Under the pieces are notes generated by a model, which worked only from the letters and a program-made list of their open reading frames with translations, was not told the DNA's origin and ran no database searches. Positions 1-12,760 of a stretch of 52,144 nt of DNA are shown one piece after another. Every line of letters begins with the position of its first letter. The first letter of the stretch is position 1. The translations under genes were made by a program, and so were the position numbers. The stretch lies in NCBI RefSeq assembly GCF_006345805.1, contig NW_021834024.1:1-52144 (forward strand), read 5' to 3'. The stretch is from Octopus sinensis (lineage: Eukaryota).

Positions 1-408
1 AGAATATGGGCAGAAAACTAAGATAATCTTTAAGCATAATTTTAAAATAAATGATAACAGCACATGTAATTCTTATAAAATTTTAAAATATAATGCAGCA
101 CTAATTGAAGTTACATTTTTGGTATGTGTCTCGCTCTAATTGCACATTTTTAACGATGCAACATTGTATTTCATTAAGATACTAATAGTCCATCATTTTT
201 AGTACTTTGTTCTATCACGTGATTTTGCTTATATATTCCACTTTGAATTTCAATAGAATTAAAAAAACGGTAATAAAGTGTTTGCATCAACTAAACGATT
301 TTGAGTTGGCTTCTGCTCTTATTACTTTGGATGAAACGTACTTATATGCATATTTCATTCTATGTATGTTAGTGTGAGCGAACATATATAATATTAATGT
401 GTTTCATA

Positions 409-990
<582 letters not shown>

Positions 991-2249
991 GTGTGAGAGA
1001 GAGGAGGAAGTAGACATATGAAGAGTGAAATCTTACATCTGGCTGTGTACGTGACCTGTTATGTATACGTACCGTAGTGTTAGAACGTGTGTGTGTGTAT
1101 TATTGAGTATCCGGTTAAGAGGACATGAGAGCTGCGTGTTTTTGTGTGTTAATGTAGCCTTGTATTCGGGATTGAGAGTATACATATTTTTGTGGTTGTG
1201 TGTTTGACGTACGTTAAAGTGTGTATCTGTGAAAAAGTCTGAGTGGTTGCTTTGGTATATTTACGTATAGGTTCGCTTGTATGTAAATTTGTACGTTAAT
1301 TTAAATAAAAATAAATAAGCGGATGTGAAAACGAGGAGACGAGGAGATGCTGTTAAAAATAGTGTAATTTGGCAGAATATGTATTCCATCATATTTAAAT
1401 TACAAACAACACATAACGGAATCAGCATTGCCTGTTTTTATTATTTGGATGTTTATTTTCGTTAACTATCGCAGTAACGCGTAGGTGTACCGCCCCATAT
1501 GTTTGCAGATTTATGTCAAAGTTGTAACAAAGCTAGATTAAAATTTTTGCGATATCAATGTTTTATTTGATGTACTTCTATTCTTCAATTAAATTTTAGT
1601 AGTCTAATATTGATACATATCTCAATTATCGTATCTACAAATCTTTTCAAGATCCTGCCGAGATGTGTATGCACCTTATAAACCTATGGTACGTTGGTTC
1701 AAAGTGTCTGAATTTTTAGTTATTACTATTAAAATGTATATACTTTTATTCACAAATGCTGGCTCATTAGCTTTTGTTCGAATTTTCTCATTGCAGTACA
1801 GAGAAAATGAACAATCTGCTGGTTTGCGTGCTATCCTCTTTTCTCACATGGTTTGATTTCAACGTATGTCGTCTTACAGGCTTTATTTTTGTCTTAATTA
1901 CTAGTTAGAAATATGTAAACATATCTCTGATTTCACTTCACCATCAGCTCATACTTTATAATTCGCTACGTTCCGAAATTGAGAACGTTGTCCTTCAAGT
2001 TCTCAAGAGTGATACTGTATGTCTCAAAAAAAAAAAAAAAAATGAAAACAATGCAAAACAGTAAGGAATGGTTTTCTCATTCCGTTTATCCATATCATAG
2101 GTTTTTCCTCACTAAAATGTAATACACAGAAAAAGAGTAGTCAACATTCTTTGTCTTGCTGTCCTTCACACATCAGTCACACAATATGTTTTAAAACAAT
2201 TCTGTGGCTACAATTCTACAGATGCATATTTCTGCAGACGACTTTCCTT

Positions 2250-2492
2250 CTCTTTACTGTTACTCTTTTACTCTTTTACTTGTTTCACTCATTTGACTGC
2301 GGCCATGCTGGAACACCGCCTTTAGTCGAGCAAATCGACCCCAGGACCTATTCTTTGTAAGCCTAGTACTTATTCTATCTGTCTCTTTTGCCGAACCGCT
2401 AAGTTACGGGGATGCAACACACCAGCATCGGTTGTCAAGCGATGTTGCGGGGACAAACACCGACATACAAATACACACACACACATGTATAT

Positions 2493-2538
<46 letters not shown>

Positions 2539-2807
2539 TAAATAAATAAATGGAGTTGAACGAAGATGTTAATAAAATTCCTTTACTTTGAATTTTCCAT
2601 GTTAACGGTAAACAGGGGATAATTCATTCACCCATATATATAAATATACATATATACGACGGGCTTCTTTCAGTTTCCGTCTACCAAATCCACTTTGGTC
2701 GGCCCGAGGCTTTAGTAAAAGTCACTATCGCAAGGTGCCACGCAGTGGGACTGAACCCGAAACCATGTGGTTGGTAAGCAAGCTACTTACCACACAGCCA
2801 CTCCTGC
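2250..2807 (-). mobile_element. SINE-A (tRNA-headed, CORE-like centre, internal CA/TA microsatellite)
   Basis: Minus strand starts gcaggagTGGCTGTGTGGtaagtagc (A box) ... GGTTCAGTCC (B box) and ends in (gtaaaaga)n. Homologous copies at 13588, ~30500 and 43289. Confidence 0.9.
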
Positions 2808-3240
2808 ATCTATTCATATATTCTTTCTAATATATTTATCAAGGAATCGCACATATCGCACAATCACAATGACATGATTGCAGTAACTGAATAATGGTAG
2901 AGCAGCCGAAATTTTGATTGAGTTTATTTCTAACCATCATTTCTTCTGATAATCGTAATTGGAATATTATACCATGGCTGTCTTGCATTTTCCTCTTCGA
3001 TGTGCAGTATTTTCAACGTAAGCATATGGTAAAGAACTTTCAGAATAATCTGCTATTTGGCAAAATTACAGACCTAAACGGTTTTGAATAAAACAAAATA
3101 CATTATGTCGTTTCCATTATACACTGTTTATAATTCAATATGATTAAATTTACAGCATTGCTCTAAAGCTAATATTTCCATCTTATTGAGCACAGACGAC
3201 TCGCGGCGATAATTAACATATGGCCGTCATCAAAAATGTT

Positions 3241-3760
3241 AATAAATATATTTTAATCAATTTGTGATCTTAAAAACATAGTCCTTTGCACCGTGTACAT
3301 CAAGACCTCAATCACTTATTTGCATATTTATTTTCAGTACCTTTTGGCAGTTTCGAACGCAAAATATGCAGGTCGCATAGCTTTCCAAGAGAAATAAATA
3401 TGTATTTCTTTATTGCCCACAAGGGGCTAAACACAAAGGGGACAAACAAGGACAGACCTTATTCATCGATCCCGAAAGGATGAAAAGCAAAGTCGACCTC
3501 GACGGAATTTGAACTCAGAACGCAACGACAGACGAATTACCACTAAGAATTTCGCCCAGCATGCTAACATTTCTGCCAGCTCGCCGTCTTAAAACTGTAA
3601 ATAAATATATTTTAATCAATTTGTTATCTTAAGAACATAGTCCTTTGCACCATGTACATTGAGACCTCAATGAATTATTTACATATTTACTTTCAGTACC
3701 TTTAGGCAGTTTCGAACACAAAATATGCAGGTTGCATAGCTTTCCAGGAGAAATAAATAT
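3241..3760. repeat. 161-bp direct repeats (3241-3401 and 3600-3760) bracketing a SINE-C copy
   Basis: Manual alignment gives about 13 mismatches in 161 bp (~92% identity), no indels seen. Confidence 0.9.
3403..3590 (-). mobile_element. SINE-C, internally deleted monomer
   Basis: Shares ggcgagctggcagaa...gttctgagttcaaattcc...gtcgactttgcttttcatcctttcggg with copies at 18116, 29799, 31962, 33824 and 39915. Confidence 0.9.
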
Positions 3761-4525
3761 AAGTAACGTCAAATTAATAACTGTCATTTAGTAAAAAATA
3801 TACGTCGCGTTTCAATGTAATTCGATGCATGATTTTTATAGCTTCTCATCGAGAAACGTTGAACATTATTTAGTTCTGCAAAAATAAAAAAAGAAACTCT
3901 TCATTAAGTTTTTGATGAATGAGCACGAAAGATGTAATTGCATATGTATGGGTATATAATGCTTGTTTATTTTGCTTCGAGTTAGTCCATGAACCTCTCC
4001 TTCCCAAAAGAAATTAAAAAAGAAAAAACACAAATATTAAACCGAAATGAAACATATATGATATTGCTTCATGGAAGGTTTGACACTTTCTATTTGTGTG
4101 TAGATAAGTCAGTACTGTCCATAGTATAGCCGGAGTAAAAATAATGAATGTGCATTGAAAAAATTGTCAGCAATTTTTCAAGTATACGCTTTATAAATCT
4201 TCATTTTTTTATACATCAGCAATGATTGTGTGTTGCATTTGTCAGTTTAAGATATATTGCAATCTATAACTAAAGGAATCTGTCAAAGACTTTCTGATAA
4301 TTTATTGATAATATTTATTTTAGCGTTTGTTTCAGTTCTTTCCCCAAACATCCTTTGAGATAACTGCACATCATTGATCTTCTGATTTTTCCATTCAAGT
4401 TTTGCTACTTTTCATTTCAATTTCTTATAGTCAGAAAAGTATTTATGCTCTTGTGTATTTTTATTTTTCCGTTTCCATATAAACGCATACGTTTACATAG
4501 ATGCATAAATATTTAAACACACACA

Positions 4526-4562
<37 letters not shown>

Positions 4563-4564
<2 letters not shown>

Positions 4565-6244
4565 TAAAACTAGCCAATCCTACGGTATACCTAAGATCCA
4601 CAAAAGTGAAAAAATAAGCAACGCATGCAAGATAGCTACAGACAAAATAATTAAAGTCCCTAATCCTAATGACCTCAAATTGAGACCCATAATAGCAGGT
4701 CCCGCATGCGAAACCCACCGCCTCAGTAACTTTTTAGACACCCTGTTAAAACCACTCCTCAAACATGTCAAAAGCTATATAAGGGACGACTTAGATATGC
4801 TCAATCACCTACCGAATACTATAAACAAAAACACCATACTGGTATCCTTCGATGTAGTCAACCTCTACTCCAATATCCCCCACAACCTAGGACTAGAGGC
4901 AATCCAATTCTGGCTAGAGAATCACGCCAACGAACTACCACACCGCATCAAAAAAGAATTTGTGATAGAAGGGGTTAAATTCATCCTGGAAAATAACTTC
5001 TTCGCCTTCAATGACAACTTCTACCGACAAAAATCGGGGACTGCGATGGGTACACGAATGGCCCCCTCCTTTGCCAACCTAGTCATAGGATACCTAGAGA
5101 TCAGTCTGTATCGTAAGGTTCTAGAAAGATATGGCAGCCCTTTCTCCATCTACATAGAAAACAACTGGAAGAGATATCTAGATGACTGTTTCATCCTTTG
5201 GCATAAAAATATAGAAAAACTCAGAGAATTCCAGAAAATTTTAAACGGACTGGACGTAAACATCCAATTCACGATGGAATATAGCCAACAACAACTCCCC
5301 TTCCTCGATATCCTCATTAAGAAAGCTAATAATATAATAGAAACATACATATACTATAAGCCTACAGACTCTAAGCAATATCTTCCATTCAATTCATGCC
5401 ACCCCAGACACACCAGGATGAATATCCCCTTCAATCTAGCAAAAAGGATATGCACTATAGTCTCTAACGCAAACACCAGAGACACACGACTACAAGAACT
5501 AAAAGATACCCTAATCACCAGGAACTATCCACCTTCACTTATTGACAAATGCATTCAACGTGCCCTTCAACTTAACATCAAGGAACTGAGACATCCCAAA
5601 TCAAAGAAAAACTTACAACCAAAAGCCTTACCATACATCTCCACACACAACCCTCTCAATAACGAAGCCTTCGACACCATCCTCCACAACATACACCTCC
5701 TAAAAAAAGACCACAGAATGAACACAATCCTCCAAACACACACGATCATAAAAAGCAAAAGACAGCCTAGATCCATGAAAAGTCTCCTTACACAAGCCCG
5801 AATTCACTCTTCAACACAGAAGCCGACAGTAAAAAAATGTGGAAGACCCAATTGCGGGATATGCGACTATCTAATCGAGGGTTCTGAGTTCTCCTTCAAA
5901 CAGGGACAACGTTTTACAGTGAAAAGCAACTTCACATGTGCTTCGGAGAACCTAATATACTCACTAACCTGCTCGGGTGTCAAGAGCAGTACATAGGCCA
6001 AACAAAAAATGGTTTGCGTAAACGAATGGCCCTGCACAGATCCCAGATAAAAATTCCCCAAAACAGAAAAATAGCTTTTAGCCAACACATAGATACTTGC
6101 GCCAACAAAAAAACACCAAACTTCAGAATTTTCCCCCTCTACCAATTTAGGGACGATACAACCTCGAGACAACGAATAAGTAAAGAAAATCTCTTTATTA
6201 CAAAATACAAGCCACTTCTTAACGGGTCTACGACAAACAATTAA
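4563..6244 (+). pseudogene. PLE reverse transcriptase + Cys-rich linker + GIY-YIG endonuclease; one frameshift near 5976
   Basis: Frame is open upstream of 4680 (YGIPKIHK...LRPII). Motifs SFDVVNLYSNI, GTAMGTRMAPSFANL, KRYLDD, LPFLDI, YKPT, linker CGRPNCGIC...C, then NLIYSLTC / CQEQYIGQT...RMALH in the adjacent frame. Confidence 0.93.
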
Positions 6245-6940
6245 TATACCTCAACTTTAGAATAAAAGAAAAAAATATATATATACACACACAAATACTA
6301 CACTCAATAGAATCCATTACTAATCAGCCCCTTCATAGCTATATTTACATTCATATTCTCCCTTCTCTGTTTTTTCTTCTTCTTCTTCTTCCTCTTCTTC
6401 TTCATCATCATCGTTATCATCATCATCGGCATCATCATCATCGCCACCATCATCACCACCATCTTCTCCTTCTCCTCCTTCTTCTTCTTCTCTTCTTCAT
6501 CATCATCGTATCATCATCATCGTCGTCATAATCATCACCACCATCACCATCATCGTCATCTTCTCCTTCTCCTTCTCCTTCTTCTTCTTCTTCTCCACCC
6601 CTACCCCTTAAGTTTGTCACTAATGTTTTTTAGTATAACACCTACGCTAATTCTATAAAGAAGCCTGTCAATATAAATATTCTCCTGAATTGAACTGAGA
6701 CTGCCAGCCGCCACTGACCATTCAAAATACGACCATCAGGGCACTCCCAGATTCTCCCACCCCCCTTTCCTCACCAGCCTTCTCTCTACTACCCTACCAA
6801 GAGCTCACAACTACCTCGAACACACAAGTGCAACAAGGGAGTCAGAGAAAGGCAGAATGCACTTAAATCTGAACACTACTATAGAAATATTCTTTTAAAA
6901 AAACTTTTCTTCTAATTTTTCTAAATTTAATTATTTAATC

Positions 6941-6987
6941 GTTACAGTTGAAAAGGTCTCAAAATGACCGAAACCGGTACTGAAATG
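6941..6987 (+). ncRNA. Minimal type I hammerhead ribozyme, U3-A8 core variant
   Basis: gttacag-TTGAAAA-ggtc(tcaaaat)gacc-GAAA-C(CG)GTA-ctgaaat. All three stems can pair and stem III is the palindrome ACCGGT. Confidence 0.75.
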
Positions 6988-7031
6988 TTCACTATAAAAT
7001 TATTTTAGCATTTTCTATTTTTTACTTGTTT

Positions 7032-7085
<54 letters not shown>

Positions 7086-7086
7086 G

Positions 7087-7130
<44 letters not shown>

Positions 7131-7132
<2 letters not shown>

Positions 7133-7709
7133 CTAAGCAATAAGGGTTTAGCAACGAATTGCCTTACCACATACCGAATTTAGAAATAGCAGTCAAAGGG
7201 TTATAGCTATTTCTTCTACTAAAAAGGGAGATCTCAGTAAAAACAGCAATTGGAAGGCTGACACAAACAGGTAAGAGAGAATGAATTAACTGCAATCTAT
7301 CAAACATTTTTAAAGTTATCCACGGACGTACGTTTCGAAATCAAGTTTTCAGGAAAGCATAAGAATCAAATATTAAATATTAAATAATTCTATCTTACCG
7401 AAACTTCTTTTCTCTTCAGCGCTGAAGAGAAAAGAAGTTTCGGTAAGATAGAATTATTTAATATTTAATATTTGATTCTTATGCTTTCCTGAAAACTTGA
7501 TTTCGAAACGTACGTCCGTGGATAACTTTAAAAATGTTTGATAGATTGCAGTTAATTCATTCTCTCTTACCTGTTTGTGTCAGCCTTCCAATTGCTGTTT
7601 TTACTGAGATCTCCCTTTTTAGTAGAAGAAATAGCTATAACCCTTTGACTGCTATTTCTAAATTCGGTATGTGGTAAGGCAATTCGTTGCTAAACACTTA
7701 TGCTTAGTA
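7131..7709. repeat. 579-bp zero-spacer palindrome centred at 7420/7421
   Basis: 7421-7709 is the reverse complement of 7131-7420, with only one substitution and one 1-nt indel, both in the outer ~15 bp. Confidence 0.97.
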
Positions 7710-7858
7710 TTACTTAAATTTCCCTCGAATGAGGCTTTTACATGCCGAAGACTACTTGGTGTAATTGATAATTATTCAAATTAATTAATTTCACCCTTCA
7801 TTATTATGTATATATATATATGTATATATATATATATAGATATATATATATAGATATA

Positions 7859-7900
<42 letters not shown>

Positions 7901-7915
7901 TAGATAGATAGATAT

Positions 7916-8201
7916 GTGGAGGCGCAATGGCCCAGTGGTCAGTGCAGCGGACTCGTTGTTTCGATTCCCAGACCGGGCGTTGTGAGTGTTTATTGAGCGA
8001 AAATAATTAAAGCTCCACGAGGCTCCGGCAGAGGGTGGTGGCGATCCCTGCTGTACACTTTCGCCAAAACTTTCTCTCACTTTCTTCTGTTGGCCTGCTC
8101 GCTTAGCCAGCGGGGTGGCGTTGTTTGAAGGCTAAAACAATGCGAAGCGCATTGTAACCAGCGATGTTTAGCAACATCTGATAGCCTGGTCGGTCACGGT
8201 G

Positions 8202-8204
<3 letters not shown>
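7916..8204 (+). mobile_element. SINE-B, tail variant 2
   Basis: gtggaggcgcaaTGGCCCAGTGG...GTTTCGATTCC head and shared central domain, followed by a tail unlike those at 26620 and 44246. Confidence 0.88.
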
Positions 8205-8238
<34 letters not shown>

Positions 8239-8762
8239 AAAGAGAGAGAGAGAGATATGTACATGTAGTTCGTAATATATACTTACATACAAACATACCT
8301 ACACTCGCACACACATATCACGGAATTTTATAATTTATTTACAACCTACTTATTGATTTATCTATTGCTGACTAAAAGTTTTGATTATTTGCTAAGGTAG
8401 TCCCCTGGGAAAATTATATCATTCCTATCTAATTATATCTTTGTTCATGAATTGATTATTTTTACATTTATTATTTTAGTGTAATCCCATATCTAAGGGT
8501 CATTCAGATCCGAAGCAAATCTCCCTTTAAAGATTTCTCCGAGACTTTACCAAATATATATTTACGCTACTCAGTATTAAGATTTCAAATATATTTCTGT
8601 TTCTGATTTTTCCATCTTTATAATATATTCATGAGTTTCTTTTCTTTGTCTGATCTATGGAATTAAAAATGAATCTACTTACTATTTTTAGCAATACTCT
8701 TATGTCCAATCAAAGATTTACATTGAGTTCTGTTCGAGTAAGCCATTTCTTGTACATGACTG

Positions 8763-9047
8763 GGATCTTTTCGGTTTGAACGGCAGTTTCTAACATAATT
8801 TCTAGGTAACTAAAAATTTTAAACTTCGGATACTGGTAGAATGTGGTTATAAAACATCTTTTCCTCTTGGCTTTATTGAGAAAATTCCATAGTTTGTAAG
8901 ATATTTGTTATTTTTTTTCTCCAATTTCTGCAATTTCAGCCAATCACTGACGTCTACTGAAGTAAAAAACACTCTGTGTCGTATGAATATGTCCCTCGTT
9001 TAAGAAACAGATTGGGTTTATTTACATTTGCGAAGAAAAAAGATATA
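8763..9047. mobile_element. MITE (GGATC-terminal family), truncated
   Basis: TIR ggatcttttcggtttgaacggcagttt and internal sequence match the complete copy at 46106-46531 up to about 9047. Confidence 0.88.
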
Positions 9048-11520
9048 TAAAGGATATAAGAATATAAAAATGTAAAAGAATATAAGGATAAGGGATAAAA
9101 AGTTGTTACGGACTAACATGATGGTCAGGAAAATTACATATTCTGGTTCTAGAAGCCGGGGACCTAGTGTATTGTAAATTAGAGTTGTCTGGTTAAACCG
9201 CTTATCTAGTTCCTCGTTACGTGTCGAGTGGTCAACATGTACATACGTACACGTATGGATATATACACACATATACGCACGCATACACAATCACACGCAT
9301 ACAAGCATACATACGTACTCTCGTGTAAACATATACAGATACGTACGGAAAAAGGCGCATGTACACGAACCGACCCGCATACGTACGTATATACATACAC
9401 GCACATGCGTTCATATTGGCACACTCGCACTTACACGCATGTACAAGACGAAGTGAATCTCTATGCGTATGAGCAAAAATATGCATACACCCACACTCGC
9501 GCCCACACCCACACACATGGGGGAGTAGATCCCTATGCATATACACAAAAGTATGCATATGCACTGACACAGGTAAAACAAGTAGATCCATTCTCGCACA
9601 CGGGCAAGACACGGAATTATAGTGGGTACAGAAGGTAGACATGAACGTAAGAAACCTGCGGGCAAGAAATTATAACAGAATATACATATATATACACAGA
9701 CAATATATATATACATATATATACACACATACACATATACACATATATATATACATATATGTATATATATATATATATATACACATATACATATATATAC
9801 ATACATATACACACACACATACACACACACACATACAAACACACGCACATATATGTGTGCATACATATACATACATAAACAGACACACATATAAGCATAT
9901 AAGCGGATACATAGATAAGCAAATAAGGAAAAAAGAGCTAAAAATAGACATATATAGAGATAAAAAGTGATAAAGTAGGGGTAAAAATAGAAGTAAAAAT
10001 AGGGATAAAATTAAAAAGTATAAATAAAAAATAAAAAATAAAATAAAATAATATAAAATAAAATAAAACATAAAGGTCGAGTAAAGGTTAACATGAAATG
10101 AAGGTAAAAATAAAGGGTGGTTGAAAATGTAAAGTTACAGGTGTGTGTTAAAGGTGACCACCTAGGGGCGGGGAGGAGAACTGAAAATTGGAAGGGTGGG
10201 AAGCGGGGATTGGTGGTGTGCGCTCAACATCAGAGCTAGAAATGGAAAAGGTATAGATATAGGGAAACAAAATATCTATATAGGAAGAAGGTAGGTGTAG
10301 GAAAAGAAATATATAGGAAAAAATATATGGGAGACAAAATATGTACATATAGGAAAACAAATATATATATAGGAAAAAAAACGGGATGTGCTGGAGCCGA
10401 CAAGTTGTACTTGGATGGGAGGAAATTGCATGGGGGAGTTGGTATAATAGCCTAAGCTTTGTAGTATTTAAAAGTATTGGTTAGTTTGTGTATACAAGAG
10501 GGCTTGAATTCTGACCTTTTGTTAATTAGATTGTTTCACATTGAATTTCAAGATATTCAGGAGTTCTAAACAACATAGCTGGCATCCTGCTCTATTATTT
10601 AAATAAGGTGCAGCTGATCCGATGATGGACCACCTGAGTTTGAAACCTATGCTATTGTCTTTTAATTCCCAAATTTTCTTAGATAGGGAGGTGCTGCTAG
10701 CCTTATGTCTATGCTTGAACGAGGACCGGTGGTTGTAGTATCTGGATTTCCAGGAGGTCGAGCAACCTATGTACGTAAGTGTGTTAAACTGGGTACTCAC
10801 CTCACATGAATAGATTACGTTATTAGCCCAACATTCACCACGTAACGGACATTCGGATGCACTTATGCAGTTGCAGTGCACTGCATTTCCCGGTCGTGTG
10901 CTATTAGTCCCAGGCGGAGGTGTTGCATTAAGTGTAGGAGCACTGTTATCCTCCTGGTTGTTGATGGGTGTGGTGTTGCCTCTGTTGTGTTGACGGATGT
11001 TATTACTAGCGGTTTGGGTATTATGGTTGCCAGCTAGATTATATTGACTACTGCCTGGATGAATGGGGTTCGATTGGTTGTTATAGCCTGCTCCTAATCT
11101 AGCTGTTCTAATGTTAACATTGTTATGCTTAGCTATGAGGCAGCTCATGTTGGGCAGGGTAGAGTAGGCGATCCTAATGGTTTTGTTGGAGAAGATACTT
11201 CTATACTTATGGGTGGGTGGGAAGTTGTTGGAAATAATAGAAAATATTCTCTTACATAATTTACCCTTAACTGCTATGTTGTATGGTATGTTGTACCATA
11301 TATATTTACGTAATCTACTGTTTCCGCCTCTATTTCTCCTAATATGATCGGTGTTACTCTCGCCGGAAGGGTCATCATTGCGTACCATTCTATTGGTTCG
11401 CCTTTTTTCTATACGTTGCTTAGAAGTTAAATTAGAATTAGAGTTAGCTTGGGTTGATTACGGAGTTCGTTTATAAATGGGAGTTTTACAGCTGACGGAC
11501 GTTCCTGAGGTGTCTACATA

Positions 11521-11523
<3 letters not shown>
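9048..11523 (-). mobile_element. Penelope-like element PLE2, heavily 5'-truncated; low-coordinate boundary uncertain
   Basis: GIY-YIG ORF with (TA)n directly upstream (11524-11591). The low-complexity downstream region is assigned as 3' UTR by position only. Confidence 0.6.
10522..11457 (-). pseudogene. PLE C-terminal linker + GIY-YIG endonuclease
   Basis: RKYIWYNIPY, CNC...CPLRGEC, NVIYSCEV...TYIGCS..WKSRYYNHRSSF, TSLSKKIWELK, CQLCCLE. Confidence 0.88.
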
Positions 11524-11598
<75 letters not shown>

Positions 11599-11904
11599 AT
11601 GTATATATATACTGATGTCAACACTGTTGAATTTTTGAATTTCTGAATTTATTTTTCTTCCGTTTCTTTTTATAAGTTTTGCTGAGGTTTGCAGATTTTG
11701 TAATTGTGCAGTTTGTATATAATGGCAGGTGCTTATATCATTAACATTTTTTATCGTGCATCTAATTGTGTTGTTGCAATAAATAGTATGTTTACATATT
11801 CGGGTAGTCAGAGAGAAAAGAAAAAGAAAATTTGCACACAAAATTGTAGATATAAAAGTTTTAAAGTTTTCTAGAGATGTTCGTTTGTATGTCCAATTAG
11901 AGAA

Positions 11905-12200
11905 GACAGTAGTGCTTTTGCAAAAAAAATGATGTTACATTTTCGAATACACAGGGAGAAAGGAAAGAAAAGAAAACGAGAGTAAAATTCTCATAGTAAG
12001 TTGTCGATATTAAAAGTTTAAAAGCTTATCGTTTCTTATCTTTTATCCAGGGGAATTTCATATACTCCCAGGGAATTGTAGATACTATAGTCTTTGAGAG
12101 TTAGTTATTTTTCCGTCGTCCTGTTGGGTTATATTAGGGTTTCTGTTTCCTCGACTACTGAATGGCCAGAGCAGCGAAGAACACATCCAGCCACCGTCAA
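11905..12200. repeat. Unclassified dispersed repeat, copy 1 (copy 2 at 49389-49670)
   Basis: Shared colinear blocks ttacattttcgaatac.caggga, cagggaattgtagata, gttatttttc...gtcctg.tgggtt, gcagcgaaga.ac.tccagc. Confidence 0.75.
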
Positions 12201-12257
12201 GGCTGGCGCTATTCTTTCAAGGTTAGCGCTATTCCTCTGTCAAGGCTGGCGTTAGAA

Positions 12258-12760
12258 AAGTAATGATACCATGGGATTATGACGGATCTTGTAATCTAAT
12301 ACCGTCAGCGAGATATCATCATATTGAATAAGAGAGACAAATACTGTCAGATCATTGATGTAGCCATACCAAATGACATGAATATTGAGAGTAAAGAGGT
12401 TGAAAAAAATCAAAAAGTACTCAAAATTGAAAGTGGAAACGGCAAGACTGTATGGAATGCGAGAGGGTAATGTAAAAGTGATACCAGTGGTAATCGGAGC
12501 ATTGGGCTAAATCCCGTTAAAACTTCAAAACTTCTTAAGGCAATTGGAAATCTCATGCAAGATTAATGTCTTGAAAACAGCAGCCATATTGGGCACAGCG
12601 CATATCTTAATGAAAGCATTATCTGTCTGATGTCCTTGTTGTGACTTGATAGATGACTGAAGACGCTGGTGCATTTTTAACCACACTGTATTACGAAGGA
12701 ATAATAATAACAATGATAACGGCAATAATGATAACGATAATAATAATGATAATAATAAAA
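12258..12760 (+). mobile_element. R4/Dong-clade LINE 3' fragment (restriction-like endonuclease), degraded, with TAA-type tail
   Basis: Stitched translation DIIILNKRDKYCQIIDVAIP.D.NI...E...VIPVVIGALG...AAILGTAHILMKALSV* (stop 12628-12630), then taataataacaatgataac. Confidence 0.85.

Larger units (their letters stand above)
4563..7036 (+). mobile_element. Penelope-like element PLE1 (Neptune-like), 5'-truncated, flanked by (TA)n on both sides
   Basis: RT plus GIY-YIG ORF, 3' UTR with a hammerhead motif, (TA)n at 4529-4562 and 7037-7130. Confidence 0.92.

Noticed and set aside
7484-7522. ctgaaaa...gaaacgtacgtc motif inside the palindrome arm
   Set aside because: Stem III and GUC look right, but there is no stem II or stem I and C3 would face A8.
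7722-7765. Hammerhead-like tcgaatga-ggc(ttttacat)gcc-gaag downstream of the palindrome
   Set aside because: Stem II is present, but the core and GAAA are altered and stems I and III do not pair convincingly.
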